Positions 10,760 to 20,441 of a stretch of 64,000 nt of DNA are shown here, piece by piece (position 1 is the first letter of the stretch; each line of letters opens with the position of its first letter). This stretch comes from Thermoproteota archaeon. Lineage in GTDB: Archaea; Korarchaeota; Korarchaeia; Korarchaeales; Korarchaeaceae. The stretch lies in assembly GCA_027491415.1 (NCBI GenBank), contig JAOZFH010000063.1:1-64000 (forward strand), given 5' to 3'. The translations under genes were made by a program, and so were the position numbers. Below the pieces are notes generated by a model, which worked only from the letters and a program-made list of their open reading frames with translations, did not search any database and was not told where the DNA came from.

Positions 10760-11344
10760 TTATAAATGCTTGCGCCCCTTGGAGAGCCACTCGCCGAGCC
10801 GCCTGAGGGCCCTGTAGCGGTGCGAGTACCTGTTCTTGTCCTCTCCTAGCTCCCCGTACGTGAGGCCGCCCGGCTCAAGGGGCTCGAAGATCGGGTCGAA
10901 CCCCCACCCCCCTCCCCTGATGGACTCCGCTATCCTGCCCGGGGTCTCGCCGACCAGAACGGCTGGTTCAGAGTCCCTGTCGAGGGCGACGGCCACCACC
11001 GACTTGAAGCTGGCCCCCCTGTCTCGAATTCCGTCCATCAGCTTGAGAATCCCCTCGTTCCCTATGGTCCTGAAGGCGAAGGACGAGTAGGGGCCTGGGA
11101 ACCCCCGGAGGGCGTCTATGAACAGGCCGGCGTCCTCTATGAAGAAGGGGGGGTCCACCCGGTCGAGGAGCCACCTGGCCGAGAATAGGGCCACCTCCTC
11201 CAAGGTGTCGGCCTGGACCTCTGGGTACTCCATCTCGACCCACTCGACCTCGAGCCCGAATCGCGCGAGGATGGTCCTCGCCTCCCGGAACTTGTGTCTG
11301 TTGTGGGTGACGAACCTGATCCTGTCCACCCCCTCACCTACCAC
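10760..11344 (-). CDS. rdgB: non-canonical purine NTP pyrophosphatase (RdgB/HAM1)
   Basis: THNRHKFRE, EDAGL, GFPGPYS, WGFDPIF, SHR. Confidence 0.95.
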   Translation of the reverse strand: MVGEGVDRIRFVTHNRHKFREARTILARFGLEVEWVEMEYPEVQADTLEEVALFSARWLLDRVDPPFFIEDAGLFIDALRGFPGPYSSFAFRTIGNEGILKLMDGIRDRGASFKSVVAVALDRDSEPAVLVGETPGRIAESIRGGGWGFDPIFEPLEPGGLTYGELGEDKNRYSHRYRALRRLGEWLSKGRKHL

Positions 11345-11373
11345 GGGATCACCCCCGCTCCGATCGTCAGTTT

Positions 11374-12012
11374 TTACCCGATCCAGCTCCTGTACCGCCC
11401 CCTCCTCTCCACGGCCTCGAGCCTGGCCAGGGTCGCGTCGGGCCTGGGGGCGGTGTCCCTGTACCCCCTCAGGAAGCGCTCAAAGAGCTCCCCGGCCGTT
11501 TCGGGGAACAAGGCCTCCAAAGACTTCTTCAGGACGTGGAGGTCGACGGCCATATCCTCCTCGCTCCTGGAGAACTCCCCCAGTCCGAAGTCAATGAGGC
11601 AGGTCCTCCCCCCCGTCACGACCACGTTGAGCGGGGTCAGGTCGTTGTGGACGACCCCGGCGGAGTGCATGAGGCCCACCTGCCGGCCCAGGTCCTCCAT
11701 CACCCCGGCGAGTCCCTCGCCCTCCTTCTCTCTCCGTCCTCGGGACAGTAGGTCGAGCAGGGTTGGGCCGGACACCCTCTCCAGCAGCAGCGTGTCTCCC
11801 CAGACGTCCAACACGGCGGGGCACCTGACCCCGTGCTCCTTTAGCCTCATCAGTATCCTGGCCTCGAGCCTGGTCCTCGAGGTCCTTATCCTCCAGTCCA
11901 GCTCCGGGTGCCTGTAGGACTTCTCGATCCTCCTCTTCTCAACCGCGGGCATGCCCCAGGCGTCTGCCTCGTAGACCTCGGCCTCCGCCCCTCTGTGGAT
12001 CAGCCTGGCCAT
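11374..12012 (-). CDS. bud32: KEOPS kinase Bud32
   Basis: GAEAEVY, KSYRHPELD, HNDLT, IDFGL; start reassigned to 12012. Confidence 0.95.
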   Translation of the reverse strand: MARLIHRGAEAEVYEADAWGMPAVEKRRIEKSYRHPELDWRIRTSRTRLEARILMRLKEHGVRCPAVLDVWGDTLLLERVSGPTLLDLLSRGRREKEGEGLAGVMEDLGRQVGLMHSAGVVHNDLTPLNVVVTGGRTCLIDFGLGEFSRSEEDMAVDLHVLKKSLEALFPETAGELFERFLRGYRDTAPRPDATLARLEAVERRGRYRSWIG

Positions 12013-12703
12013 CCGTACCTCCCCCTCAGGGGCACGAACGCGACGGGGGTTATCTCCGTCTGCCTGAACCTGCCCTCGTCCTCCTTGTCGATCACGACGA
12101 GCACCTGCCCGCCCCACCAAGACGGCTCACCTACCGGGACCACCATCCTCCCGCCGACCTTGAGCTGGTCTAAGAGGGGCCTCGGTGGCCCCGGAGCGGC
12201 GGCCGTTACCAGTATCCTGTCCGGCCTGACCCTGAGCGGGAAGCCGGCGCTCCCGTCCATGGCCAGGACCGTGACCCTGTCGGAGTAGCCCGCGCGCCTG
12301 AGGTTTGACCAGGCCCTTCTGGCGAGCGAGGGGACTATCTCGGCGGAGTACACGTGCCCCCAGTCAGCCGGGTCCTCCCCGGCCGGGGCAACTATCTCCG
12401 CCACGGTCGCGGCGTGGTACCCACTCCCGGCGCCCACCTCGAACACCACCATCCCCCTCCTCAGGGCGAGGAGCTCGTCCATCATGAACACAATGTGTCG
12501 CCCGGCCCCAGGCGGCCGTGTGGCGCGCTGATGGTCTGCCCCTCGCCTATCGGGAGGGGGGTGTCCCGGTAGGCGTCCCTCCTGAGGTGCTCAGGGACGA
12601 ACTCCTCCCTCGGGACTGTGAGGGCCGCCCTCCTGACCTCGGGGGTTCGGACCACGCCCAGCATCTCCAGCCTTTTTACGAGCTCGGCGCGCCCCTCCTC
12701 CAG
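12000..12703 (-). CDS. pcm: protein-L-isoaspartate O-methyltransferase, split by a candidate intron: join 12520..12703 and 12000..12496
   Basis: VPREEFVP...[19 protein letters not shown], then [11 protein letters not shown]...ILVTAAA...[13 protein letters not shown]...FVPL; spliced product about 226 aa; start uncertain (CTG at 12703 assumed). Confidence 0.92.
12497..12519 (-). other. candidate 23-nt bulge-helix-bulge mRNA intron
   Basis: RNA CGCC-ACA-CGGCC(GCCUGG)GGCCG-GGCG-ACA: 4-bp helix between two 3-nt bulges; excision restores the frame. Confidence 0.85.
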
Positions 12704-12749
12704 GGACCCCTCCCCCCGCGCGGGTGAAAGGTTCGGGGAGGCTTTAGAG

Positions 12750-13229
12750 TTGAGGTTCCACTCGGATGCGGCGTTCGCCGTAAGGGCCAGGGGCCACCCC
12801 AACGTGAGGGCGAGACACCGCACGACCATGGAGGTGACCCGAGACGACTACCTGACCGAGAGGGGAGACTGCATTCTGGCGATAGAGGCCGACGCGGCCT
12901 GCTCGGACGTCTCGGGCTGGCTCAGGGAGCACCTCAGGTCCGGCGGGTGGGTGCTGATCGAGCTGGAGGTGGAGGGGGAGGAGGACAGGGCGGCGTTCTC
13001 GTTTCGGGCCAGGGGAGACCCCCGGCTCACCCTCGCCAGCGACAGGAGCATCGTGATCAGGAGGTCGAGCTACGTGGACGACCGGACCATGGCAGTCCTA
13101 GCGGAGGCGGCCGCGGCGGACGTTCCGAGGGGCATGGTGAGGGCCCTCAGGGCCGGGGCAAGGCTCACCCTGACCGTGCGGCCCCTGGCGGGAGACGCGA
13201 GCGTGGAGGAGATTCACAGGAACCCCTGA
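12750..13229 (+). CDS. DUF371 family protein
   Basis: [30 protein letters not shown]...IVIRRS. Confidence 0.88.
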   Translation: MRFHSDAAFAVRARGHPNVRARHRTTMEVTRDDYLTERGDCILAIEADAACSDVSGWLREHLRSGGWVLIELEVEGEEDRAAFSFRARGDPRLTLASDRSIVIRRSSYVDDRTMAVLAEAAAADVPRGMVRALRAGARLTLTVRPLAGDASVEEIHRNP

Positions 13230-14365
13230 GACGAGGGGTCGCGCGGGAGCAGGGCCTCCCTCATCAGAGAGGTGGCGTAGGATCCCCGATCGAGGGCGAA
13301 GGATGCTAGGAGCGAGTCTCCCCTCTTCCACAGCCTCAGGCTCCTCGCGGGGACCCAAGCGGGCCTCACCCCACCCGCGAGGTCCAGTCCCAGCTCGGGG
13401 AGGCGGAAGCTCTCGGGGGACAGCCCGTCTCGCCTGAGCACCTCCAGGGTCTCCTCGCCAGCTGACCCGCGGTAGGCGTCTGGGTCGGAGCCGGGCAGCG
13501 GGAGGGCGAGCGACTCCCCGCCTCCGGAGAGGGGGGCCACCCTGTCCCCCGGCCGGGGCGAGAGCCGTCCATCGCGGAGCCTCCCGGACAGTGTGAGGTT
13601 GAACACGTAGGCCTGGTAGGAGTGCAGCATCATCTCCAGGGCCCCGCGCGGGATCGCCCTCAGGGCCTCTAGTCCCCCCGCCCCCCTGTCCAGGGCGTCC
13701 GCCACCCTGGACTCGTATCCCCTCCCGCCCTTCCCCGCCAGGAGCCTCGCTGCCCGGTCGAACTCCCTCCTGAGCACCAGCAGGCCGATCTCGTGGTTGA
13801 GGGGCGGCCTGTCCCCGAACCTCTGGTAGGAGAAGAAGTTGGGGAAGCCTCGGGAGAGTTCCATCAGCCTGCGCGAGAGCTCGCGGGGCTCCGTCTCCCT
13901 AACCCTCAGGGTGAACCTGTTAAGGTCGTTGGAGCCCCTGTATACCGGCTCCGTCGACCTGCAGACGAACCTGGCCATTAACTTCCGGGCTCTCACGACC
14001 TCTGGGGGCCTGCCGAGGGGGGCGCTCATGAACTGAGCCGAGACGGACCTCCTGTCCTTGAGCCCCGCGTAGGACACCCTGCTCGTGGGTATCCTGAGGG
14101 CCCTCGCCAGCAGCCCGGCGGCCTCCTCTGTGGTGAGCCCCACCTTGATGACGGAGAAGACCGCGTGGGGCCCCTCTTGGACCTCGGGGGACTCGAGGCT
14201 CGCGGCCGCCATCAAGGCGGAGGCGCCGCGCCACACCTCGTCCACCAAGAAGTCCGGGAGTCTCTCCCTCAGGCGCCCGGGGAGGGGATCCCAGTCGGGC
14301 CTCGCGTAGGCCAGCATACCGGTCCTGACGTCCAGCTCCGGAGGATTCGCCACTCCCCTCGTCAC
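13214..14365 (-). CDS. truD: tRNA pseudouridine(13) synthase
   Basis: DFLVDE, YAGLKDRR, NRF, PNFFSYQRFG, GSYATSLMRE. Confidence 0.93.
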   Translation of the reverse strand: MTRGVANPPELDVRTGMLAYARPDWDPLPGRLRERLPDFLVDEVWRGASALMAAASLESPEVQEGPHAVFSVIKVGLTTEEAAGLLARALRIPTSRVSYAGLKDRRSVSAQFMSAPLGRPPEVVRARKLMARFVCRSTEPVYRGSNDLNRFTLRVRETEPRELSRRLMELSRGFPNFFSYQRFGDRPPLNHEIGLLVLRREFDRAARLLAGKGGRGYESRVADALDRGAGGLEALRAIPRGALEMMLHSYQAYVFNLTLSGRLRDGRLSPRPGDRVAPLSGGGESLALPLPGSDPDAYRGSAGEETLEVLRRDGLSPESFRLPELGLDLAGGVRPAWVPARSLRLWKRGDSLLASFALDRGSYATSLMREALLPRDPSSQGFL

Positions 14366-14733
14366 CTCAGCAGAGGGAGCCTCCCAGTGACCTTGTCGAC
14401 CTCGCCAGCCCTGTGGGGACCAACGGCGGCCGCGGTGAGCGTCCCGGGAGGCAGCTCAGTCAGCCCCGCATCCCTGACGATGCTCCTCGGCAGGCCCAAC
14501 CTCTCGGCCTGATTGTAGACCTCGAGGAGTTCCTCCTCGGAGCCGACGGCGACCACCACCTTCTTGGCCCCCTCCCTCTTCCAAGCCTCGTAGACATCGG
14601 GGCACCTCTTCATGGCCATCTCGGCGGCCATGCAGGCCGCGTGGGCCACCTGTACCGCCAGTTTGCCGGGGCTCATCTTCAGGTCCTTCCTCACCGCTAT
14701 GACCTGCTTGTAGGCGAACCTGTCGGCCGTCAC
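14362..14733 (-). CDS. pth2: peptidyl-tRNA hydrolase Pth2
   Basis: KQVIAVRKDLKMSPGKLAVQVAHA...DAGLTE. Confidence 0.97.
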   Translation of the reverse strand: MTADRFAYKQVIAVRKDLKMSPGKLAVQVAHAACMAAEMAMKRCPDVYEAWKREGAKKVVVAVGSEEELLEVYNQAERLGLPRSIVRDAGLTELPPGTLTAAAVGPHRAGEVDKVTGRLPLLR

Positions 14734-15806
14734 GACACCACCTCCTCCAGCAGGGACTCGAACTCCCTAGCGACGGCGTCCCACCCCCTGGACAGAGCGA
14801 ACTCCCTCGCCTCCCTGGAGACGCGTTCCAGCGCGTCGCGGTCTGAGAGGACCTCCCTCAGTCTCTCCGAGAGGGCCTCCAGGGACCTGTCGGCCAAGAA
14901 CCCGGTGTGGCCGTCCTTCACGAACTCCGGCAGGGCGCCGACCCTAGCGGCCAGGGGCGGCGTGCCGGCGGCCATCGACTCGAGGGCGGTCAGGCCGAAG
15001 CCCTCCCACCTCGGGGTGTGGAGGGTCAGGTCGCAGGCCCTCAGCACCAGCGGAATCCTCTCGTGAGGGACCTTGCCCAGGAACACCACCCTCCCAGCCC
15101 CCTCGCGCCTGGCCAGCTCCTCAAGCCTGGGCCTGAGGGGCCCGTCCCCGGCCACGAGGACTAGGGCGTCTGGGTGGGAGAGGGCCGCCCTGAGGGCGAG
15201 CTCCGGGTCCCTCACCGGAACTAGAGAGCCCACGATCCCCACCACCTGAGCGTCGGCCGGAATCCCCATCCTCTCTCTAACATCCTCCCCCCTTTCCGGG
15301 AGGGACCTGAAGGCCTCGATGTCCACGCCCCCGCGGATAACCCTAGGTTCGACCCCGAACCTCTCCCTCACGACGCCCGCCAGGTGGGAGCTCACCGTCG
15401 CAACGGCGGGGGCGGACCTGCACGCGCGCCGCAATAGCCAAGCCCCCATACCGACGAGTGCGTCGGTCCCGTGGAAGACAGGGACGTAAGGGGGCCCACC
15501 CAGTGCGCGGCCGATCCAGGCCGCCACCCCGGAGGTCTTGGCGTACTGCGCGACCACAGCGTCCGCATCCCCCAGGCTCGCGGCCAGCCTCAGCGCGGAG
15601 GCGGCCATGAAGCTAGTCCCCCTAATCCCGGGGACTCTCGGGGTCGGGAGCCGGATCACCCTCTCACCCCATCTCGACCTGGCCCAGCCGTAAGAGACTA
15701 CCGTGACCTCGTGCCCCCTCCTAGCAAGCTCGCCAGCCAGCATGGTATTGTAGACCTGGACTCCGCCTACGTCTGGGTAGTAGGGGCCCAGGAGGACTAT
15801 CCGCAC
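14730..15806 (-). CDS. GT4 glycosyltransferase
   Basis: YPDVGGVQ and EGFGLTALESMAAGTP. Confidence 0.92.
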   Translation of the reverse strand: MRIVLLGPYYPDVGGVQVYNTMLAGELARRGHEVTVVSYGWARSRWGERVIRLPTPRVPGIRGTSFMAASALRLAASLGDADAVVAQYAKTSGVAAWIGRALGGPPYVPVFHGTDALVGMGAWLLRRACRSAPAVATVSSHLAGVVRERFGVEPRVIRGGVDIEAFRSLPERGEDVRERMGIPADAQVVGIVGSLVPVRDPELALRAALSHPDALVLVAGDGPLRPRLEELARREGAGRVVFLGKVPHERIPLVLRACDLTLHTPRWEGFGLTALESMAAGTPPLAARVGALPEFVKDGHTGFLADRSLEALSERLREVLSDRDALERVSREAREFALSRGWDAVAREFESLLEEVVS

Positions 15807-15867
15807 CTCTCTAACGGCCGAACCGTTGATTTAAGTTTCTCGCGGCCCCGCCAAAGGATGACCCGGG

Positions 15868-16893
15868 ATGGGGGTCAAGCTCGGCGACATCGTGGTGGGG
15901 AGGGAGGTAGACCTCAAGGACCTCGGCGGTAGGAGGCTGGCCCTCGACGCCTACAATGCCCTCTACCAGTTTCTGGCGAAGGTCAGACAGCCTGACGGCA
16001 CTCCGCTCATGACCAGCAGGGGAGAGATCACCTCCGTGCACTCAGGTATATTCTACAGGACCGCCAATCTGCTCTCGCTGGGGATAACCCCGGTCTACGT
16101 GTTCGACGGTGAGCCTCCGGAGTTCAAGAGGAGGGAGCTGGAGGAGAGGGCCGCCAGGAGGGAGGAGGCCAGGGAGAAGTGGGCCGAGGCGGCCGAGAGG
16201 GGGGACGTGGAGGAGATGCGGAAGTACGCCCAGGCGGCGCTGGAGCTCACGGACGAGATGGTCGAGGATGCCAAGAGGATACTGGAGCTCATGGGGGTCC
16301 CCTGGGTCCAGGCGCCCAGCGAGGGGGAGGCCCAAGCGGCGCACATGGCGGCGAGGGGGGACGTGTGGGCCGCGGCCAGCCAGGACTACGACTCCCTGCT
16401 CTTCGGCTCTCCGAGGCTCGTCAGGAACGTGACTATAACGGGGAAGAGGAAGCTCCCCGGGAGGGACGTGTACGTCGAGGTCAGGCCCGAGATCATCTCC
16501 CTCAGGGAGACCCTCGAGTCGCTGGGGATCACCAGGGAGCAGCTCGTCCTCCTAGGGATCCTCGTCGGCACGGACTACAACCCCGGCGGCGTGAGGGGCG
16601 TGGGGCCGAAGAGGGCGCTGGAGATCGTGAGGCGCCACCGCACCGTGGAGGAGGTCGAGAGGGCTATCAAGTGGGAGTTTGACGTCCCGCTGAGGGAGAT
16701 CTACGAGTTCTTCCTGAGCCCGCCGGTGACGGACGAGTACGACGTGACCCTCAAGAGGCCTGACGCCGAGGGCCTCCTCAGGTTCATGGTGGACGAGCAC
16801 GAGTTCTCCGAGAAGAGGGTCAGGAAGGTCATAGAAGAGATAACCGAGGCATACAAGATGCACGCCAGCGGCGGGCTGGAGGCCTGGTTCTGA
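15868..16893 (+). CDS. fen: flap endonuclease 1
   Basis: DAYNALYQFL, APSEGEAQAA, SQDYDSLLFG, GTDYNPGG, C-terminal PIP-like LEAWF. Confidence 0.98.
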   Translation: MGVKLGDIVVGREVDLKDLGGRRLALDAYNALYQFLAKVRQPDGTPLMTSRGEITSVHSGIFYRTANLLSLGITPVYVFDGEPPEFKRRELEERAARREEAREKWAEAAERGDVEEMRKYAQAALELTDEMVEDAKRILELMGVPWVQAPSEGEAQAAHMAARGDVWAAASQDYDSLLFGSPRLVRNVTITGKRKLPGRDVYVEVRPEIISLRETLESLGITREQLVLLGILVGTDYNPGGVRGVGPKRALEIVRRHRTVEEVERAIKWEFDVPLREIYEFFLSPPVTDEYDVTLKRPDAEGLLRFMVDEHEFSEKRVRKVIEEITEAYKMHASGGLEAWF

Positions 16894-16925
16894 AAGGGAC
16901 GCACTCTAGAGGAGCCCTCGGGCGC

Positions 16926-17153
16926 TCACTCCTCGTCGGGCGTCAGATAGGCGTGCTCGCCCTCCGCGACCTCTATGACCAGCGTCCCGCCCTTGCCCCC
17001 GCTGGACACCCTTATCACGCCCGCCACCTCGAGCCTCATCAGGGCTCGCTCCAGCTGGTCTAGCGAGAGCGTCGGATCCTTGGACCTCAGCGCCTCGTAG
17101 AGCTCCCTGTCCGTGACGGTCCCCCTCCTCTTCTTGACCTCTTCGTACACCAC
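16926..17153 (-). CDS. small winged-helix-like hypothetical protein
   Basis: TDRELYEAL...LERALMRLEVAGVIRV. Confidence 0.7.
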   Translation of the reverse strand: MVYEEVKKRRGTVTDRELYEALRSKDPTLSLDQLERALMRLEVAGVIRVSSGGKGGTLVIEVAEGEHAYLTPDEE

Positions 17154-17186
17154 GTGCGTGAGGGGAAGCTCGAGGGGCAGACCCGA

Positions 17187-17443
17187 TCACCCGCCCCTGG
17201 ACATGGTCTCCAGCTCGACCGAGCTCACGCCCGGGACGCTGGAGAGGGCCTCCTCAACCTTGTCGGTTATGCCCTCCTCCTCGGGGGTGGAGAGCAGGAT
17301 CGTCAGGGCCACTATCCCGAAGGCAAGCTCGGCCTGTCCCCTGTCCATCAGCTGAACCCCCAGGGGCTTCAGGGACTCTTGGATCTTGCCAGCGACCTCC
17401 TCCGGATCCGCGCCCGGATCGACCAGGACCCTGAACTGCGCCA
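17187..17443 (-). CDS. ef1b: translation elongation factor aEF-1beta
   Basis: ELAFGIVAL...EEGITDKVEEALSSVPGVSSVE; start approximate. Confidence 0.9.
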
Positions 17444-17474
17444 TAACGCGAGCCAACCCGAACCCTCCCACCGA

Positions 17475-17678
17475 TCACGGACCGACGAACCCGCAGTTGG
17501 GGCAGACGTACTCGTTCGCCTGCTTCCTGCAGATCCTGCACCGGACTATGAGGTACTCCCCGCAGTTGGGGCACGGGAACTTGACGACCCCCCTCTCGTA
17601 GGTCACCCTCCTGCCGCACGACGTACAGTAGAGCTCCTCCACAGCTGGAGGCTGATTGACTCCGACCTCCTGCGCCAT
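17475..17678 (-). CDS. zinc-ribbon protein (DUF1610-like)
   Basis: four CxxC motifs, FPCPNCGE...[11 protein letters not shown]; upstream of EF-1beta. Confidence 0.92.
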   Translation of the reverse strand: MAQEVGVNQPPAVEELYCTSCGRRVTYERGVVKFPCPNCGEYLIVRCRICRKQANEYVCPNCGFVGP

Positions 17679-17681
17679 CTT

Positions 17682-18722
17682 TCAGCCCTCTCCGACCCTG
17701 GGGCTCCACTCCCCGGCCTTAAAAATCTTGGCGGGATAGAGCACGTAGGTCTTTCCCCTCCGCTCCCTCTCGATCAGGCCCCTGTCGATGAGCTCCGCGA
17801 CCAGCCTGCTCACCTTCGGCTTGGAGAAGCCCGTGAGCTCCGGGAGCCTGTCCTGGGTTATCTGCCCCCTCTCCACCACCGCCGAGAATATGGCCCTCTC
17901 GTCGGCGGTGAGGAACCCCTCCAGCAGGTCGAGGGGGGTCTCCCGCCCCCTCGCCCGCGAGACCAGGAGATACGCCACGACCGCCCCTAGGGCGGCTCCC
18001 ACCGCCGTGCCCGGCGTCAGCAGGACCGAAGCCACGGCGCTCAGGCGTCCCCTCCTCGGCCACTCGGTCGGCGCCTCGGTGGGTGACACCCTGATCACTT
18101 GGTACGAGGAGGAGAGCCTGGACAGCTCGTCCGCCGAGAGCGGGTCGCCGATCAGGATTACCCTCTCCAAGTTGGGGAGGTAGGTGCCTGCGGAGGCCCA
18201 GAAGGAGTCGGGGAGGTGGCCCTCGCTCGAGTAGACGATGGGGGCCGAGTACTGCCGCGACCACAGGAGGGCGGGGAAGTAGAGCTCCGGCCTGGTTCCG
18301 TCCACCACGATCAGCGTGTCCGCATCTCCCCAGAGCTGGGTGGTGACGTAGATGGCCGTGTCGAATCTGGTCGGCCCCCCGAACCTGCTGACCGCCACCC
18401 CCTGGGACTCCAGCCTGATCACGAAGTCCTCCGGAACCGCTCTCCTGTCGCCGACCACCATGACCCTCGGCGTCTCGTCGAACGACGTCAGGCCAAGGAC
18501 CATGCTGACGACCTCGTCGTCGTTGATGCCCGGTATCAGCGTGATCACGGGGATGTCCCTGTGGAGGCCGTAGGCCACGGCCACCGTCCAGTCGGCGTAG
18601 ATGTCTCCCCTGACCACTATGGCCTCGAACTGCCCGCCCGCAGGCTGAGCCTGAGCCGCGGCGGGCACCGCGATCGAGGCGGCGAGGAGCAGCGCCAGCA
18701 GCGGCGTCCGATTTCTGATCAT
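17682..18722 (-). CDS. signal peptide + cell-wall-binding-2-like ectodomain + TM helix + C-terminal winged HTH
   Basis: RFGGPTRFDTA motif; hydrophobic helix; ITQDRLPELTGFSKPKVSRLVAELIDRGLIERERRGK. Confidence 0.82.
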   Translation of the reverse strand: MIRNRTPLLALLLAASIAVPAAAQAQPAGGQFEAIVVRGDIYADWTVAVAYGLHRDIPVITLIPGINDDEVVSMVLGLTSFDETPRVMVVGDRRAVPEDFVIRLESQGVAVSRFGGPTRFDTAIYVTTQLWGDADTLIVVDGTRPELYFPALLWSRQYSAPIVYSSEGHLPDSFWASAGTYLPNLERVILIGDPLSADELSRLSSSYQVIRVSPTEAPTEWPRRGRLSAVASVLLTPGTAVGAALGAVVAYLLVSRARGRETPLDLLEGFLTADERAIFSAVVERGQITQDRLPELTGFSKPKVSRLVAELIDRGLIERERRGKTYVLYPAKIFKAGEWSPRVGEG

Positions 18723-18772
18723 CTTCTCGACAACCAGTCAAGGCCCCGATAAAATAGGTTGGCCAGGGCGGG

Positions 18773-18868
18773 TGGCGGGCCCGGGGGGACTCGAACCCCC
18801 GACCTGCGGCTTGCCCCGGCCACGGCCGTAGGAGGCCGCCGCTCTAATCCATGCTGAGCTACGGGCCC
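18773..18868 (-). tRNA. tRNA-Arg (CCT) with a 17-nt intron at 37/38 (18812..18828)
   Basis: cloverleaf; GCGGC-CTCCTA-[CGGCCGTGGCCGGGGCA]-A-GCCGC with BHB; CCA encoded. Confidence 0.93.
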
Positions 18869-18930
18869 AGCCGATCCCTTACCTGTCCTAAGCGTTATAT
18901 AAGCTTTGGCGAACTGCGGCCCGTGAGCCG

Positions 18931-20217
18931 ATGCCCGTGAGAACGCTCAGGGGCTTCAGGGATCTGCTCCCAAACTACTTAGAGGACTTCAGGTGGGTCG
19001 AGTCGAGGGCCAGGGCCGTGTTCGAGAGGGCGGGATACAGAGAGGTGCTCACGCCCACCGTGGAGCCCTTTGAGCTCTACGAGGAGAAGGAGGGGGAGCA
19101 GATCGAGGAGAGCATGTTCGTGTTCGAGGACAAGGCCGGCAGGAGGGTCGCGCTCAGGCCGGAGTTCACGGCCTCCCTGGCGAGGCTGTTCGCCTTCATG
19201 GGTGGAGAGTTCAAGCTCCCCGTGAAGTGGTACTACGTGGGCAACGTGTTCAGGTACGACGAGCCCCAGAGGATGAGGTACAGGGAGTTCTGGCAGGCGG
19301 GTGCTGAGCTGATGGGGGCCTCGACGCCGGAGTCTGACGCCGAGATCATGTCGCTGGCCTGGAACACGCTGAGAGACGTCGGCCTCGGGGAGGGGGCGCT
19401 GATCAGGCTCAACAACGTCGGCATAGTGAAGTCCATGCTGGAGGCCTGGGGCGTCTCGGGAGAGATGCAGTCGAGGGTCCTCACCTGGATGGACAAGCTC
19501 GGCAAGGTCGAGAGGTCCGAGGTTGAAAGGGGGCTCGCGGAGTTGCTGGGAGAGGAGAGGGGGTCCAGGCTCATGGGCCTAGTCGACGTTGAGGGTGAGG
19601 ACCCCTCCGAGCTGGAGCCGGTCCTCAGAGGATTCGAGGGCAGCGTGGAGGCCCTCAAGAACCTGGAGGAGGTCTACGACGCGGCCAGGGCCGTCGGCAT
19701 GAGGGTCAGGCTCACGCCGTTCCTCGTGAGGGGGCTGGCCTACTACACCGGCACGGTCTTCGAGGCGTTCGTGGAGGATATACCGTATGCGCTGGGTGGG
19801 GGAGGGAGGTACGACGGGCTCGTAGCCGAGTACGGCGGCCCACCCACCCCGGCGACCGGCCTGTCCCTGGGGCTGGACAGGATCGTCGACGCGGTGAGGG
19901 AAAAGGGAGTGAGAGTAAAGAGGGAGAGGTCGGGCGTCTTCGTGGCCGTGGTGTCCGACGATCTCCGCAGGAGGGCGTTCGTCCTCGTCGAGTCCCTCAG
20001 GGCGGCCGGCATCAGGGCGGACCTCGACCTCAGGGGGGGCAGGTCCCTCTCCAAGCAGGCGGAGTACGCAGACAGGACCGGATGGAGGTACGTGATCTTC
20101 CTCGGGCCGAAGGAGGTAGAGAGGGGCGTCTACGTCGTCAAGGACCTGGAGAGCTGGGAGCAGCTCGAGGTGCCAGAGGGGGGGCTCCTGGACTTCCTCA
20201 GGGCCGGGCTTGACTGA
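18931..20217 (+). CDS. hisS: histidine--tRNA ligase
   Basis: LRPEFTAS, FRYDEPQ, REFWQ, VRGLAYYTG, GGGRYD. Confidence 0.97.
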   Translation: MPVRTLRGFRDLLPNYLEDFRWVESRARAVFERAGYREVLTPTVEPFELYEEKEGEQIEESMFVFEDKAGRRVALRPEFTASLARLFAFMGGEFKLPVKWYYVGNVFRYDEPQRMRYREFWQAGAELMGASTPESDAEIMSLAWNTLRDVGLGEGALIRLNNVGIVKSMLEAWGVSGEMQSRVLTWMDKLGKVERSEVERGLAELLGEERGSRLMGLVDVEGEDPSELEPVLRGFEGSVEALKNLEEVYDAARAVGMRVRLTPFLVRGLAYYTGTVFEAFVEDIPYALGGGGRYDGLVAEYGGPPTPATGLSLGLDRIVDAVREKGVRVKRERSGVFVAVVSDDLRRRAFVLVESLRAAGIRADLDLRGGRSLSKQAEYADRTGWRYVIFLGPKEVERGVYVVKDLESWEQLEVPEGGLLDFLRAGLD

Positions 20218-20255
20218 CGGTTAGCGTTTAATACCTGTGGGGCCCATGTCACCCT

Positions 20256-20330
20256 GCCGGGGTGGCCGAGCGGCATAGGCGGCGGGCTGCAGACCCGCAG
20301 ACCCGGGTTCAAATCCCGGCCCCGGCTCCA
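20256..20330 (+). tRNA. tRNA-Cys (GCA)
   Basis: cloverleaf, loop CTGCAGA, U73, CCA. Confidence 0.95.
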
Positions 20331-20441
20331 CCCCCCGTTCTCCCTGGTTCTCGGCCTCGCGAGGGAGTGGGGACGCAGGTTAATATAGAGGGGGCGAGCG
20401 ACCAGACCCGGCCGAGCGCCCGCGCGTTCGGCACCTCGGCT

